NCBI GenBank assembly: GCA_035362275.1
Contig: DAOSDI010000001.1
Location: 22,777-86,776, forward strand
Origin: Candidatus Pacearchaeota archaeon
GTDB taxonomy: Bacteria; Patescibacteriota; Minisyncoccia; Minisyncoccales; UBA5738
DNA: 64,000 nt
Reading direction: 5' to 3'
The position numbers were made by a program, and so were the translations under genes. The notes under the pieces are model-generated. The model did no database searches and had not been told where the DNA came from. It was given only the letters and a program-made list of their open reading frames with translations. Shown here piece by piece: positions 1 to 9,728 of this stretch. Each line of letters starts with the position of its first letter. The first letter of the stretch is position 1.

Positions 1-267
1 ATGAAAAAACCAGGGATTTTAATTCCCTTGCCCGAAGCCGCCCAAAACCATCAAGTGAAAAACGCCTACGCTTATGCCCGGACCGGTGCCGCGCTGGTGA
101 TGGAAGAAGGAAATTTTACGCGCCATTTGTTTTTAGAGAAAATCAATGATTTGTTCGCAACACCGGAATCCACGGCGGCGATGGCGGAAGCCGCGGCGCA
201 ATTTGCTCGGCCGATGGCGGGAGAAACGATCGCGGATTATATCGCAAAATATGTCTCTCAACGATAA
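1..267 (+). CDS. murG: MurG glycosyltransferase, C-terminal part (truncated by window edge)
   Basis: PGILIP..AQNHQVKNA..GAALVMEE matches the GT28 C-terminal motif. Confidence 0.8.
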   Translation: MKKPGILIPLPEAAQNHQVKNAYAYARTGAALVMEEGNFTRHLFLEKINDLFATPESTAAMAEAAAQFARPMAGETIADYIAKYVSQR

Positions 268-292
268 TTAACGCAGTGTTTTTGAAAATGCC

Positions 293-1861
293 ATGAGCGA
301 AAACAATAAGGAAAATCAGAACATGACTGCGCCGGTGCGCGTGAGGATGCCGCCGTCCCCGACGGGATTTATGCATGTCGGAACCCTGCGGATGGCGCTT
401 TTTAACTATATTTTTGCCAAGCAGAAAGGGGGCAAGACGGTTTTGCGTTTGGAGGACACCGATTGCCAACGCTCAAAAAAAGAATTTGCCGATGATATTT
501 TGGACGGATTGAAGTGGCTGGGTTTGAGTTGGGATGAGGGTCCGTTTTATCAGTCGCAGAGAGGGGAAATATACAAGCGTTATTTGCAAAAATTAATTGA
601 CGAAAATAAAGCATATTATTGTTTTTGCTCGCAAGAGGAGCTTGAAGCTCAAAAACAATATCAAATGTCGCGCGGAGAAGCGCCAATTTATTCGGGGGGT
701 TGCGCCGGGCTTGCGCCGGAAGAAGCGTGCGCGCGGATTGCTCGCGGCGATAAATTTGTGGTGCGTTTCCGCACCGAAAGAAAAAAAATCAAATTCAACG
801 ATTTGGTGCGCGGGGAAATAGAATTTGACGGATCTTTGATCGGTGATTTTGTGATTGCCAAGGATTTTGAGAACGCGCTTTACAACTTTACCGTGGTGGT
901 TGATGATTTTGAAATGGGAATCACTCACGTGATTCGCGGCGAAGATCATATTTCCAACACCCCCAAACAAATTCTTATTCAGGAGGCATTGGGGCTATTC
1001 CGGCCGGAATACGCGCATTTGCCGATAATTATGGGCGCCGATCGGAGCAAGCTTTCCAAGCGCCATGGCGCGGTTGGCGTTACCGAATACCGCCGGCAAG
1101 GATATCTTCCCGAAGCGCTGATCAATTTTACGGCGTTTTTGGGCTGGAATCCGGGAACGGAAAAGGAAATTTATTCAATGCCGGAATTAATCCGCGATTT
1201 TTCTTTTGCCAAAGTGCAGAAAGGGGGAGCAGTGTTTAATCCGGTGCGGCTGGATTATTTGAATTCCTGTTATATCAAAAACCGCACTCCGGGCGATCTG
1301 GCCAGACTCTGTCTGCCATATTTTGTTTCCGCCGGTTATTTGAGCGAGGAAAAATCCGCCTCCGGGACCGTTTATAAAAATCCGCGGACGGGGGAGAGGA
1401 TCGAGGATGAATTTATTGAAAAAATTGTTGCCTATCAGCAGTCTCGCTTGAAAAAATTATCCGAGATCGCTGAAGCGTCGGGATATTTTTTTCTGTCCGA
1501 ATTATCCTATGAAAAAGAACTGCTGAAATGGAAAGATGCTTCTTTTGCCGAAACCAAGCTCGCTCTTGACAAATTAAAAATTATATTTGGAAATATAAAA
1601 GCGGGGGATTGGAAGCGGCAAAACTTGGAGGAGGCGGTCTTGCCGCAAATTGCCGATTTTAATTTGTCGGTCGGAAAACCGGAAAAAGATCGCGGTTATT
1701 TGCTGTGGCCTTTGCGCGTGGCGCTTTGCGGGCAAAAAATGTCAATCGGGCCGTTTGAGATGGCGGACGTTTTGGGCAAGGAAAAAACCGCCAAAAGGAT
1801 TGACGCCGCCATTGAAATGTTAAATGGTTCAATATGTGCGCCGACTTTATTCAATCAATAA
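293..1861 (+). CDS. gltX: Glutamate--tRNA ligase
   Basis: PPSPTGFMHVG (HIGH-like), RLEDTD, ITHVIRGEDH, KLSKR motifs. Confidence 0.97.
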   Translation: MSENNKENQNMTAPVRVRMPPSPTGFMHVGTLRMALFNYIFAKQKGGKTVLRLEDTDCQRSKKEFADDILDGLKWLGLSWDEGPFYQSQRGEIYKRYLQKLIDENKAYYCFCSQEELEAQKQYQMSRGEAPIYSGGCAGLAPEEACARIARGDKFVVRFRTERKKIKFNDLVRGEIEFDGSLIGDFVIAKDFENALYNFTVVVDDFEMGITHVIRGEDHISNTPKQILIQEALGLFRPEYAHLPIIMGADRSKLSKRHGAVGVTEYRRQGYLPEALINFTAFLGWNPGTEKEIYSMPELIRDFSFAKVQKGGAVFNPVRLDYLNSCYIKNRTPGDLARLCLPYFVSAGYLSEEKSASGTVYKNPRTGERIEDEFIEKIVAYQQSRLKKLSEIAEASGYFFLSELSYEKELLKWKDASFAETKLALDKLKIIFGNIKAGDWKRQNLEEAVLPQIADFNLSVGKPEKDRGYLLWPLRVALCGQKMSIGPFEMADVLGKEKTAKRIDAAIEMLNGSICAPTLFNQ

Positions 1862-2136
1862 TGCTGGGAATCGTTAAATTGCTGTTTTTGGCGGGGTTGG
1901 TGGTCTTGGGCATCGTTTTGTTGCCGCAAAATTGGGTGGACGAGACAAAGGACGCGTTTGCCGGCGCAAAAAATTATTTGTCCAAAACGCTTGAGGAAAA
2001 AACGCCGGAAGTCAAGGAGAGTGTTGTTTTGCAGGCGGAAGAAACAAAAAAGGAGGCAGGAACCCTTTATGATAAATTCAAGGAAGAAAAATGGCCGGGA
2101 ATCAGGGATTGGCTCGTTGAAAAATTCATTTATTAG
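1861..2136 (+). CDS. Small N-terminally anchored hypothetical protein
   Basis: ATG overlaps gltX stop (TAATG); hydrophobic N-terminus, charged helical tail. Confidence 0.7.
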   Translation: MLGIVKLLFLAGLVVLGIVLLPQNWVDETKDAFAGAKNYLSKTLEEKTPEVKESVVLQAEETKKEAGTLYDKFKEEKWPGIRDWLVEKFIY

Positions 2137-2193
2137 TTTTTGCCGGGGCGAGGAGGAATTGGCCGCGGCCGGGCTCGTTCGTCGGTATATTAA

Positions 2194-2221
2194 ATGTCGC
2201 ACAATCAAGGTTAATGGACGT
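2194..2221. other. Putative dif-like Xer site (11-6-11)
   Basis: ATGTCGCACAA-TCAAGG-TTAATGGACGT imperfect inverted arms upstream of xer; left arm repeated at 3493-3505. Confidence 0.4.
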
Positions 2222-2459
2222 TAACATCGGGATTTTGGCCGATTGGCGGCATTTGGGCGGATTTTGTGATTTTTGAGGGTTGCTTGCTGTTTTCTTGATG
2301 AGGGTTTGCCGGAAGCCTTCCCTGCCGGAAAGTTTGTTGTTTTTTTGAAAATTTTTCAATTTTTTATTTTTTAATATAATTTCGGAATTTTATTTTTTTT
2401 ATTTTCCTTTTTTATTCTATTTTGCCATAATTAGCGTTCCCCGTTTAATTCCAAAACCA

Positions 2460-3434
2460 ATGAATAACTCCGACAAACCCGTCATTGCCCATATCCCCGA
2501 TTTTCTTGATTATTGCGAGATTGAAAAAGGGCTCTCGGAAAACACCCAAATAAATTACCGCCGGTACCTGCAAAAATTCATCAATTGGCTCAAATCCCAA
2601 AAAAAGGAGCAGATTTTGCCCCACGAACTGTCCGCCGACGATGTTTGGGCATATCGGGTGCATTTATCCCGTTTTATTGACCCGCAGGGCGGCAATTTGT
2701 CCAAGGCCACCCAAAACTACTACCTGATCGCTTTGCGCGCCTTGTTGGGCTATTTTACGGCCAAGGATATTGTTGCTTTGCCGGCGGACAAGATTAAACT
2801 GCCCAAAGATGCGCGAAAGGAAAAAACCGTCAAATTTCTGAATTTGGAACAGATTGAAAAGCTTTTGCTGGCACCCGATGAAGGTACCGCCGCGGGGGTC
2901 CGTGACCGCGCGATTTTGGAAACGCTGTTTTCCACCGGATTGAGAATTGCCGAATTGGTAAATTTGAATCGCGAGCAATTCGCAAATTTGCAGGAAAACA
3001 AAGAACTTGAACTGGGGATTATCGGCAAGGGCAAATATCCGCGCACGGTTTATTTTTCCGCCCGCGCCTTGGGATGGATTAAAAAATATTTAAAAATCCG
3101 CGATGAAATCTGCGAAAAGGAAGAAAAAGCGCTGTTTGTCAATTTTCGGGCGCACAAGAACGCCCCGCGGCGGTTGACCGCCCGGTCGATTGAACGAATG
3201 GTGAAAATCTGCGCGATTGGTGCCAGTGTGCCGCTGTTTACCACGCCGCACACCTTGCGCCATTCCATGGCCACCGATCTTTTGGCGCAGGGCGCGGATT
3301 TGCGCGCCATTCAGGAATTTTTGGGGCATCGCAGTATTATGACCACGCAAATCTACACTCACGTGACCAATAAACGTTTGCGCGACATCCACCGCCAATT
3401 CCATAGCGGCCGGCATCTAAAAAACGAGCATTGA
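2460..3434 (+). CDS. XerC/XerD-family tyrosine recombinase
   Basis: N-terminal SAM-like domain; catalytic R (TGLRIAEL), K (GKG), HTLRH, LGH, TQIY. Confidence 0.93.
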   Translation: MNNSDKPVIAHIPDFLDYCEIEKGLSENTQINYRRYLQKFINWLKSQKKEQILPHELSADDVWAYRVHLSRFIDPQGGNLSKATQNYYLIALRALLGYFTAKDIVALPADKIKLPKDARKEKTVKFLNLEQIEKLLLAPDEGTAAGVRDRAILETLFSTGLRIAELVNLNREQFANLQENKELELGIIGKGKYPRTVYFSARALGWIKKYLKIRDEICEKEEKALFVNFRAHKNAPRRLTARSIERMVKICAIGASVPLFTTPHTLRHSMATDLLAQGADLRAIQEFLGHRSIMTTQIYTHVTNKRLRDIHRQFHSGRHLKNEH

Positions 3435-3508
3435 TTAATCCTTGATTGTCAAAGATTAAAGATTAAACCCGCCTTTGTTGAGAGGGTCTTTTAATGTCGC
3501 ACAATATT

Positions 3509-4141
3509 TTATTCAAATTCCACGGGGACAATCAGTTGGTTGTTGTGTTCGGAAAGTCCCGACGGATTATCTTTTTGCAAAATCAAGGTGCCGGCGGTCG
3601 TTGGCGGGGCCGTGAATTCAAACGTGGCCAGAAATTCAACAAAATCCTCGGTCATCCAATCGCTTTGCGCGGCGGCAGTGCCATTTGCCAGTTCATTGCC
3701 GTTTTCATCCATTAATTTTACCGGGAAAGATGCTTCAAAAAACCAGTTGCCGCGAGCTTTGCCGCTGATGATGAGCGGGCTGGCGATTTTTGCGTTCGGC
3801 CGCGGTGAATAGATCATTATCAAGTCGGCCAATTCCATTTCGTTGCCAATGTTTTGCGTGAATATTTTTCCGTCCGGAGTGGAACATCTTGCCGGATAAA
3901 TTTCCTCCACTGGATTGCCGCCGGCAACGCATTCTTGAAAATTTTTAATTCCGTTTTCTTCATTTTTGTTTTCTTCGGTCTTGACCGGCTCAATGGTTGC
4001 CGTACTTGAACGGTTTGCCGTTTTACCGGACATTACCGGCACCTTTGAGGATTGATATTGCACGAAAACAATCACTGCCCCGGTAAGCACAACTCCGATC
4101 ACCGAAATAATGGCCAATGCCATAATTTCTTTTTGATTCAT
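3509..4141 (-). CDS. Membrane-anchored Gmad2 immunoglobulin-like domain protein
   Basis: N-terminal TM; SPLIISGKARGNWFFEASFPV..DNPSGL typical of this CPR-common family. Confidence 0.8.
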   Translation of the reverse strand: MNQKEIMALAIISVIGVVLTGAVIVFVQYQSSKVPVMSGKTANRSSTATIEPVKTEENKNEENGIKNFQECVAGGNPVEEIYPARCSTPDGKIFTQNIGNEMELADLIMIYSPRPNAKIASPLIISGKARGNWFFEASFPVKLMDENGNELANGTAAAQSDWMTEDFVEFLATFEFTAPPTTAGTLILQKDNPSGLSEHNNQLIVPVEFE

Positions 4142-4163
4142 ATGTTTTAAATCCTAAACTTTT

Positions 4164-5231
4164 TTACGCGTTGGCTTTGATTTCGATCACATCGCCGTCT
4201 TTAACAACATACTCCTTGCCTTCGGTGCGCAAAAGCCCTTTTTCCCGGGCCGGGGAAAAGCCGCCGGCGTTAAGCAAATCTTGCCAATTGATCACTTCGG
4301 CGCGGATGAATTTTTTTTCAAAATCGGTGTGGATGACGCCGCCGGCTTTCGGGGCGGCATTTCCCTTTTTTAGCGTCCAGGCGCGGGTTTCATCCGGTCC
4401 GGTGGTGAAAAAAGTGATTAGTTCCAAAAGCTCGTAGGATTTTTTTATCAGCAAATCCAGATTTTCCCCCGAAGGCAGATTGAAATCTTCTTTTTCCGCG
4501 TCGGTGAGGCCTTCGCCGTCGCTTTCCCCCAAGATGTCAATCACGATATGCGGCAATTTTTCTCTTTCAAATTTTTCGGCGATATCCTTTCCGATTTCAT
4601 CGGGTTTGCCGTTTAAAACATAAAGGCGCGGCTTCATTGTGAGCAGTTGCAGGCGGTTGACATTCTTTTTTTCCTCCTCGGTGAATTCAGCTTCGGACAA
4701 TATTTTTCCCGCTTCCAAAAATGATTTCGCTTTTTGCAGGGCCTGCATTTCTTCTTTGGCGCCGGGCTTGTTGCCGCGCACTTCGCTTTCCACGGATTCA
4801 AGCCGCTTTGACGCCGTTTCCAAATCCTTTAGCGCCAATTCGGTGTCCAAGATTTCTTTGTCGCGCCAAGGATCAATTGAGTCCTGCGTATTGATGATTT
4901 TTTCGTTGCCAAAAGCGCGCAAAATATATAAAATTGCGTCGGTCTCCCGGATATTCTGCAAAAATTTATTGCCCAGACCCTCCCCTTGCGCGGCGCCCTT
5001 TACCAGCCCGGCGATGTCCACAAATTCTACCGTGGCATAGATTTTTTTTGCCGATTTGGTCAATTCCGCCAGCCGGTCAACGCGCTTGTCGGCAACCGGC
5101 ACCACGCCGATATTCGGCTCAATGGTGCAAAACGGATAGTTGGCGCATTCAGCCTGTTTTTTGGTGATGGCTTTGAATAATGTGGATTTGCCCACGTTGG
5201 GCAGGCCCACGATGCCCACATGAAGACTCAT
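4164..5231 (-). CDS. ychF: Ribosome-binding ATPase YchF
   Basis: GIVGLPNVGKSTLF, NYPFCTIEPN, DIAGLV, GVIHTDFE. Confidence 0.97.
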   Translation of the reverse strand: MSLHVGIVGLPNVGKSTLFKAITKKQAECANYPFCTIEPNIGVVPVADKRVDRLAELTKSAKKIYATVEFVDIAGLVKGAAQGEGLGNKFLQNIRETDAILYILRAFGNEKIINTQDSIDPWRDKEILDTELALKDLETASKRLESVESEVRGNKPGAKEEMQALQKAKSFLEAGKILSEAEFTEEEKKNVNRLQLLTMKPRLYVLNGKPDEIGKDIAEKFEREKLPHIVIDILGESDGEGLTDAEKEDFNLPSGENLDLLIKKSYELLELITFFTTGPDETRAWTLKKGNAAPKAGGVIHTDFEKKFIRAEVINWQDLLNAGGFSPAREKGLLRTEGKEYVVKDGDVIEIKANA

Positions 5232-5371
5232 AAATTTTCAATTTTCAATTTTCAATTTCCATTGAATTTTCAATGAAACAATTTTCAATTAAAAACAAAT
5301 AACAATAATGCTTGATTATTGTCCGTTTTCGCCCAAAATTCAAGCCAAATCACGGATGTTCTCTCAATTTA

Positions 5372-5830
5372 TTAAACGGTTTCGCAGTTTTTGGATAAAT
5401 TGCCGTTGATTTTTTCAATCCAGCAAATGTCAATGCGGCGTTTCAAAACGCCGATAAAAACTCCCAAATCATAACCCAAATTGCCGGCGACCGCGTCTTG
5501 CAGTTTTTTTATGTCCAAACGCGCCGCCAAGCTGTCTTTGCCGCCTTTTTTGATTTCAAAAATTATGCAATTGTTCGGGCTTAATCTTTTGTGAATGATA
5601 ATATCCGGCCGGATTTTATCTCCTGCGCCGTTCTTTTTGGCGGTTAATAAATTGCGGCTGTATTCGCAATCAACATTCAGTTCGCGGAACAAATTTCCCA
5701 AATATACCGCGATCCGATGGCTGATTGCCGCCTCGTAAATATTAACCTTCAAAAGTGCGGCACGGTCAAGCGCCTTGAATTCCCGCACCGCTTCCCTGAT
5801 TTTTTCCTTGGCGTCTTGAATTTGTATCAT
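5372..5830 (-). CDS. Hypothetical protein, PD-(D/E)XK nuclease-like
   Basis: VDCEY..RPDIIIHKR..IFEIKK pattern. Confidence 0.55.
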   Translation of the reverse strand: MIQIQDAKEKIREAVREFKALDRAALLKVNIYEAAISHRIAVYLGNLFRELNVDCEYSRNLLTAKKNGAGDKIRPDIIIHKRLSPNNCIIFEIKKGGKDSLAARLDIKKLQDAVAGNLGYDLGVFIGVLKRRIDICWIEKINGNLSKNCETV

Positions 5831-5944
5831 TGTTTTTGATTTAAAAAATGATTCGCCTATTCTTGATTATGGCGCGTGCCAACCAAAAATTCAATGGGAA
5901 AAATTAAAAAACAGAGGTTCAACCCCTGTTTTTTGGTTTTTTAA

Positions 5945-6286
5945 TTATTTGACGGTTTTGTATTGGTCCGGCGACCAGGCGGGGGCGCAGGGCATAAAGA
6001 TTTCCATATTGCCCTGCCAATAAAATTTTTCGCCGGGATTTATCAAGACCAAATCGCCGGCGCCAATTTCATATTCTTTGTCTTCCACGGCCAATTTTCC
6101 CGAACCCGAAATGATATAGCCCATTTCCTTGCAAACTTCATTGGCCGCCCAGCCTTTGTCGGGATAGCGTCCCGAAAGTTTGATCACCGCGCCGTTGATA
6201 TCGCGATCGGTTGTCGGATATTCAAACGCAACGCAAGATTCGCCGTTTTTGAACTCCTTCCTTTGATTTTTGAAAATTATTTGCAT
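5945..6286 (-). CDS. Cupin-domain protein
   Basis: EMGYIISGSG..GDLVLINPGE cupin motifs. Confidence 0.8.
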   Translation of the reverse strand: MQIIFKNQRKEFKNGESCVAFEYPTTDRDINGAVIKLSGRYPDKGWAANEVCKEMGYIISGSGKLAVEDKEYEIGAGDLVLINPGEKFYWQGNMEIFMPCAPAWSPDQYKTVK

Positions 6287-6831
6287 ATTATTTTCTCAAT
6301 TCTGCCGATTCCAGCGACTGTATTCGCATCTTTTGAAATCAGGCGCGCTTCTTCAAAAGTTTTCCATCCGATTTCATGGAATTCCTTTTGCAATAAATTT
6401 TTATCCGGCGCGAAACTTTTTGAATCTTGCGGCAAAAAGAACCAAATATCATAATGAATTTTACATAACCTTCCGGCAGGATTATTTTCAACTTTTGTTA
6501 TTGTCAGCAATTCCGGTTTTATGCCATTGGTAATCTTTATCTCAATCCCCCATTCCTCCTTAATCTCTCGCTCCAAGGTTTCATAAGGGGATTCATTTTT
6601 TTCCATATGTCCGCCGTTGAAAAGCCATAATCCGGATTTTTTGTGATGGCCGATAAATACCAATTTATTTTGCGGATCGTAAGCAGGAAAATAAACACAA
6701 AAATGCGAAAAAGGATTTTTGTCCTTGCCAAATTCTCTTTCGTTGATTCTTGCCGCAAATTCATTTTTTGTTTTGTTTGCGGCGAAGGTTTCATTTGTTA
6801 TTTTTTGGAGCAGTTGACTTAATGTTTCCAT
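6277..6831 (-). CDS. NUDIX hydrolase
   Basis: Nudix box GGHMEKNESPYETLEREIKEEWG. Confidence 0.85.
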   Translation of the reverse strand: METLSQLLQKITNETFAANKTKNEFAARINEREFGKDKNPFSHFCVYFPAYDPQNKLVFIGHHKKSGLWLFNGGHMEKNESPYETLEREIKEEWGIEIKITNGIKPELLTITKVENNPAGRLCKIHYDIWFFLPQDSKSFAPDKNLLQKEFHEIGWKTFEEARLISKDANTVAGIGRIEKIICK

Positions 6832-6833
6832 TA

Positions 6834-7613
6834 TTATTGCAAATCAATAACGGTGCCGGCGGGCTTGCCTTCCAGGGCGTCTTTGAAATGTTTTAAGTCC
6901 ACAATTTGGCAGACGATGCCGGTTTTTGCCGCCTCCATCAATTCAAGGTATTTTTGCTTCATTCCGCCGGTGACATCGGCGGCGGTGCTTCCCGAAAGGC
7001 ATTTTTGAATATCTTGATAATTTTTGCGATTGATTTTGGGAATCAGCCGCGCGGTTTTATCCGTTTTGGGGTTGGCGGTGAAAATTCCTTCCACATCGCT
7101 CACCTCAATGATTTTCTCGGCCCCCATCTTTTTGGCAATATAAGGGGTGATTTGATCTCCCGAAAGAATTGCCGATCCCCAAGCTTTGTCAAACGCTGGT
7201 ACGCCGTAGGCGACTGGCACCATTTTCAGGCGCAAAAGCCCTCCCATAGTTTCCGTGGCCATTGATACCAATCGTCCTCGTTCCAAGACCGCGTGGCTTG
7301 ACGCTTGCGCCGGAAATGCGGGTACGCCTTTCTTGATCAGTCGATTGCAAACCATGCAATTCAAATCGTTTTGCAATTTTTGGGTTTTGGCAAAAGCGAG
7401 AATTTGTTTTTCGCTGATGACGCTTTTATCAATGCCGGTTTGCTTCACCAAGGGATGGCCGAAAGATCCTACGCCGTGCACCAAAATATAAGATTCTTTG
7501 AAGCCTTTTAGTAAACTGCCGAGCTTATTGATGTTTCCGGCATTGATTTTTGGTTTTTTGCTTTCTTTTTTGGTGATTACCGAGCCGCCGATTTTGATGA
7601 TAGTGAGAGGCAT
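6834..7613 (-). CDS. Isopentenyl phosphate kinase (amino-acid-kinase family)
   Basis: KIGGSVIT, LVHGVGSFGH with the IPK-signature His, SGD, DVTGGM. Confidence 0.85.
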   Translation of the reverse strand: MPLTIIKIGGSVITKKESKKPKINAGNINKLGSLLKGFKESYILVHGVGSFGHPLVKQTGIDKSVISEKQILAFAKTQKLQNDLNCMVCNRLIKKGVPAFPAQASSHAVLERGRLVSMATETMGGLLRLKMVPVAYGVPAFDKAWGSAILSGDQITPYIAKKMGAEKIIEVSDVEGIFTANPKTDKTARLIPKINRKNYQDIQKCLSGSTAADVTGGMKQKYLELMEAAKTGIVCQIVDLKHFKDALEGKPAGTVIDLQ

Positions 7614-7678
7614 AATGATAAAATCAAAATTAAAAAATCAAAAATGAAAATTAACTTCAAATCAAAAATTTTGGAAAA

Positions 7679-8365
7679 TTATTTGCCGAAGCGCCGTTGG
7701 CGCGATGCATATTCCGCCAGTGCCGCGTCAAGGTCATTTTCGCCAAAATCCGGCCAATATTTTTTCACAAACAGAAATTCCGAATAGGCCGCTTGCCACA
7801 ATAAAAATCCGGACAGCCGCTGTTCCCCGCCGGTGCGGATGATCAAATCCACATCCGAAGTCCAAAGATTATCTTTAACGGTGTCCTCGGTGATTTTATC
7901 CGGATCAATCCCCTTTTTGACGATTTTTTTGATTGCGTCCACTAATTCCGCCCGCCCTCCGTAGCTGAGAGCCAAGTTTAACGTCATGCCGGTTTTGTTT
8001 TTTGTTTCCGATTCTATTTTTTCTATTTGATCTTTGATGTCGCGGGCGAATTTTTCTTTCTGGCCAAGGATATTGATTTTGACGTTTTTTTCATTGAATT
8101 TCCCAAAATAATCCGATAGCGATTTTCTGAAAATATCCATTAAATAATCAACCTCTTCCTTGGAACGATGCCAATTTTCGGTTGAAAAACAAAAAAGCGT
8201 GAGTGTTTTAATTCCTCTGTCTTGAGCCGCTTGTATGATTAGTTTAACATTTTCAAAGCCTTTGTGATGGCCCTCCAGTGTTGGCAGGCTGTGTTCTTTG
8301 GCCCAGCGGCGGTTGCCATCAAGAATAATTCCCAAATGCCGGGGCGGATTTTTTTGGTTTTTCAT
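7679..8365 (-). CDS. uppS: cis-prenyltransferase (undecaprenyl-PP synthase)
   Basis: IILDGNRRWA, FSTENW, DLIIRTGGEQRLSGFLLWQ. Confidence 0.95.
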   Translation of the reverse strand: MKNQKNPPRHLGIILDGNRRWAKEHSLPTLEGHHKGFENVKLIIQAAQDRGIKTLTLFCFSTENWHRSKEEVDYLMDIFRKSLSDYFGKFNEKNVKINILGQKEKFARDIKDQIEKIESETKNKTGMTLNLALSYGGRAELVDAIKKIVKKGIDPDKITEDTVKDNLWTSDVDLIIRTGGEQRLSGFLLWQAAYSEFLFVKKYWPDFGENDLDAALAEYASRQRRFGK

Positions 8366-8373
8366 TATCAAAA

Positions 8374-9372
8374 TTAAATTTTTCGATTGAATTTCAACAG
8401 ATAATCGCCGTCAAGATTGATGTTTTGCGGAATGATCCACGGAAAATGAAATCCGGCGGTATAGGCGCAGAATTTGGCCGCTTTTCCTGCCATTATCCTC
8501 AAATTAAAAAAGCGCGCAGCGTCTTTCCTGTATTGTAGGAAATCGGGGAAATTTTTCAAGAGGATGCCGGCTTGCGTCAAATTCCAGATAACTCCCCCGC
8601 CCGACCAGGGTTTGGTGAGACCCGAAGCATCGCCGCAGAGCGTGATTTTGGCATTCTCCGGAATGGCCAGTCCTTGCGGGATGATCGCCGATTTTAAATT
8701 TTTCAGCTTTAAATTTCTTTGGGCGGCAAAATCATCAAAGAGTTTGCGCGCCGTTTCGGGTTTTTCCATTATTCCCCATTCAACATCTTCGCCGCGCGGG
8801 ATTTGCCACAGAAATCCGTTTTTTGTTGCCCAAGTTTCCACGAAATCCGAGCTATCCCGCTTTTGTTCAAATCCTTGTATTCCCAGCTGGAATGACAAAT
8901 GAAAAGGGTCCGACCCTTTTTTAAAAAGGGTCCGACCCTTTTTAAAAGCAAGGTAGTTTCGCGTGGGCGAAAGGGCGCCGTCGGCGCCGATGACGCGATC
9001 ATATTCGGAAAACAGTTTCTCCAGCTTGGCGGGATCAATATTTTGGCCGGTGCGGATGTTGGCGCCCGCTTGCGTTGCCAGTGCGCCGGCAAGCAAATCC
9101 AACTGCGCGTGGTCAATGACGGAAAATCGCGGGCGAAATTTTATCCGTATCGTTCTTTTGGGAAAATTGATGATGCAAGAACCGATTTGATTGGTTTCAA
9201 GTTGTCGCGCTTCGGGAAAAAAATCAAAAAGCCGCGCCGAAAACAGCCCCGAACAGCATTGCTTGCCGATGGTTTTTTTCTTTTCAAAAACAAAAACCTC
9301 ATTCCCCTTTTGCGCCAAATTTTTTGCCAAATAGAGCCCGCAAACCCCGGCCCCGACAATCGCAATTTTCAT
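8374..9372 (-). CDS. Geranylgeranyl-reductase-family FAD oxidoreductase
   Basis: GAGVCG Rossmann, CCSG, VIGADGA, FLWQIP, GDASGLTKPWSGGG. Confidence 0.8.
   Translation of the reverse strand: MKIAIVGAGVCGLYLAKNLAQKGNEVFVFEKKKTIGKQCCSGLFSARLFDFFPEARQLETNQIGSCIINFPKRTIRIKFRPRFSVIDHAQLDLLAGALATQAGANIRTGQNIDPAKLEKLFSEYDRVIGADGALSPTRNYLAFKKGRTLFKKGSDPFHLSFQLGIQGFEQKRDSSDFVETWATKNGFLWQIPRGEDVEWGIMEKPETARKLFDDFAAQRNLKLKNLKSAIIPQGLAIPENAKITLCGDASGLTKPWSGGGVIWNLTQAGILLKNFPDFLQYRKDAARFFNLRIMAGKAAKFCAYTAGFHFPWIIPQNINLDGDYLLKFNRKI
8902..8942. repeat. Tandem pair of palindromic units AAAAGGGTCCGACCCTTTT inside the GGR gene
   Basis: Identical 19-mers at 8902-8920 and 8924-8942. Confidence 0.85.
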
Positions 9373-9437
9373 ATAGCCCCATCATAGCGCAACAATCAAA
9401 ACTTGACAAAAAATATAATTTATGTTTAATAAATCTT

Positions 9438-9728
9438 ATGGCGAGTATTTCGGATATAGCCAATATTGCCATGACTATCGTTGTTTATTTTTTTATAATT
9501 GCAATGATAGATTGGTGGGTAACGTCGAAAAAAATTTGGAATTTAGCGAGGATACTATTGGTTTCGTGCACATATTTCATGTTGGTACTCGTGATTTCCA
9601 TGTGTTTGGGTTTCGCAACCGTATTTTGGCAAGTTGCGTTGGGGTACGTTGCGTATTTTGCGTTTATCGTGTATTTTGGGCCAGCCCTTTTTGATGATAG
9701 CGATAATTACAGATTCTCTCGCTATTGA
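9438..9728 (+). CDS. Small multi-TM hypothetical protein
   Basis: Three hydrophobic segments; TTGACA promoter upstream; AT-rich. Confidence 0.6.
   Translation: MASISDIANIAMTIVVYFFIIAMIDWWVTSKKIWNLARILLVSCTYFMLVLVISMCLGFATVFWQVALGYVAYFAFIVYFGPALFDDSDNYRFSRY

Noticed and set aside
2460-3434. Prophage or integron integrase
   Set aside because: Xer-like size, no IntI-specific insertion, and no phage genes or cassettes nearby
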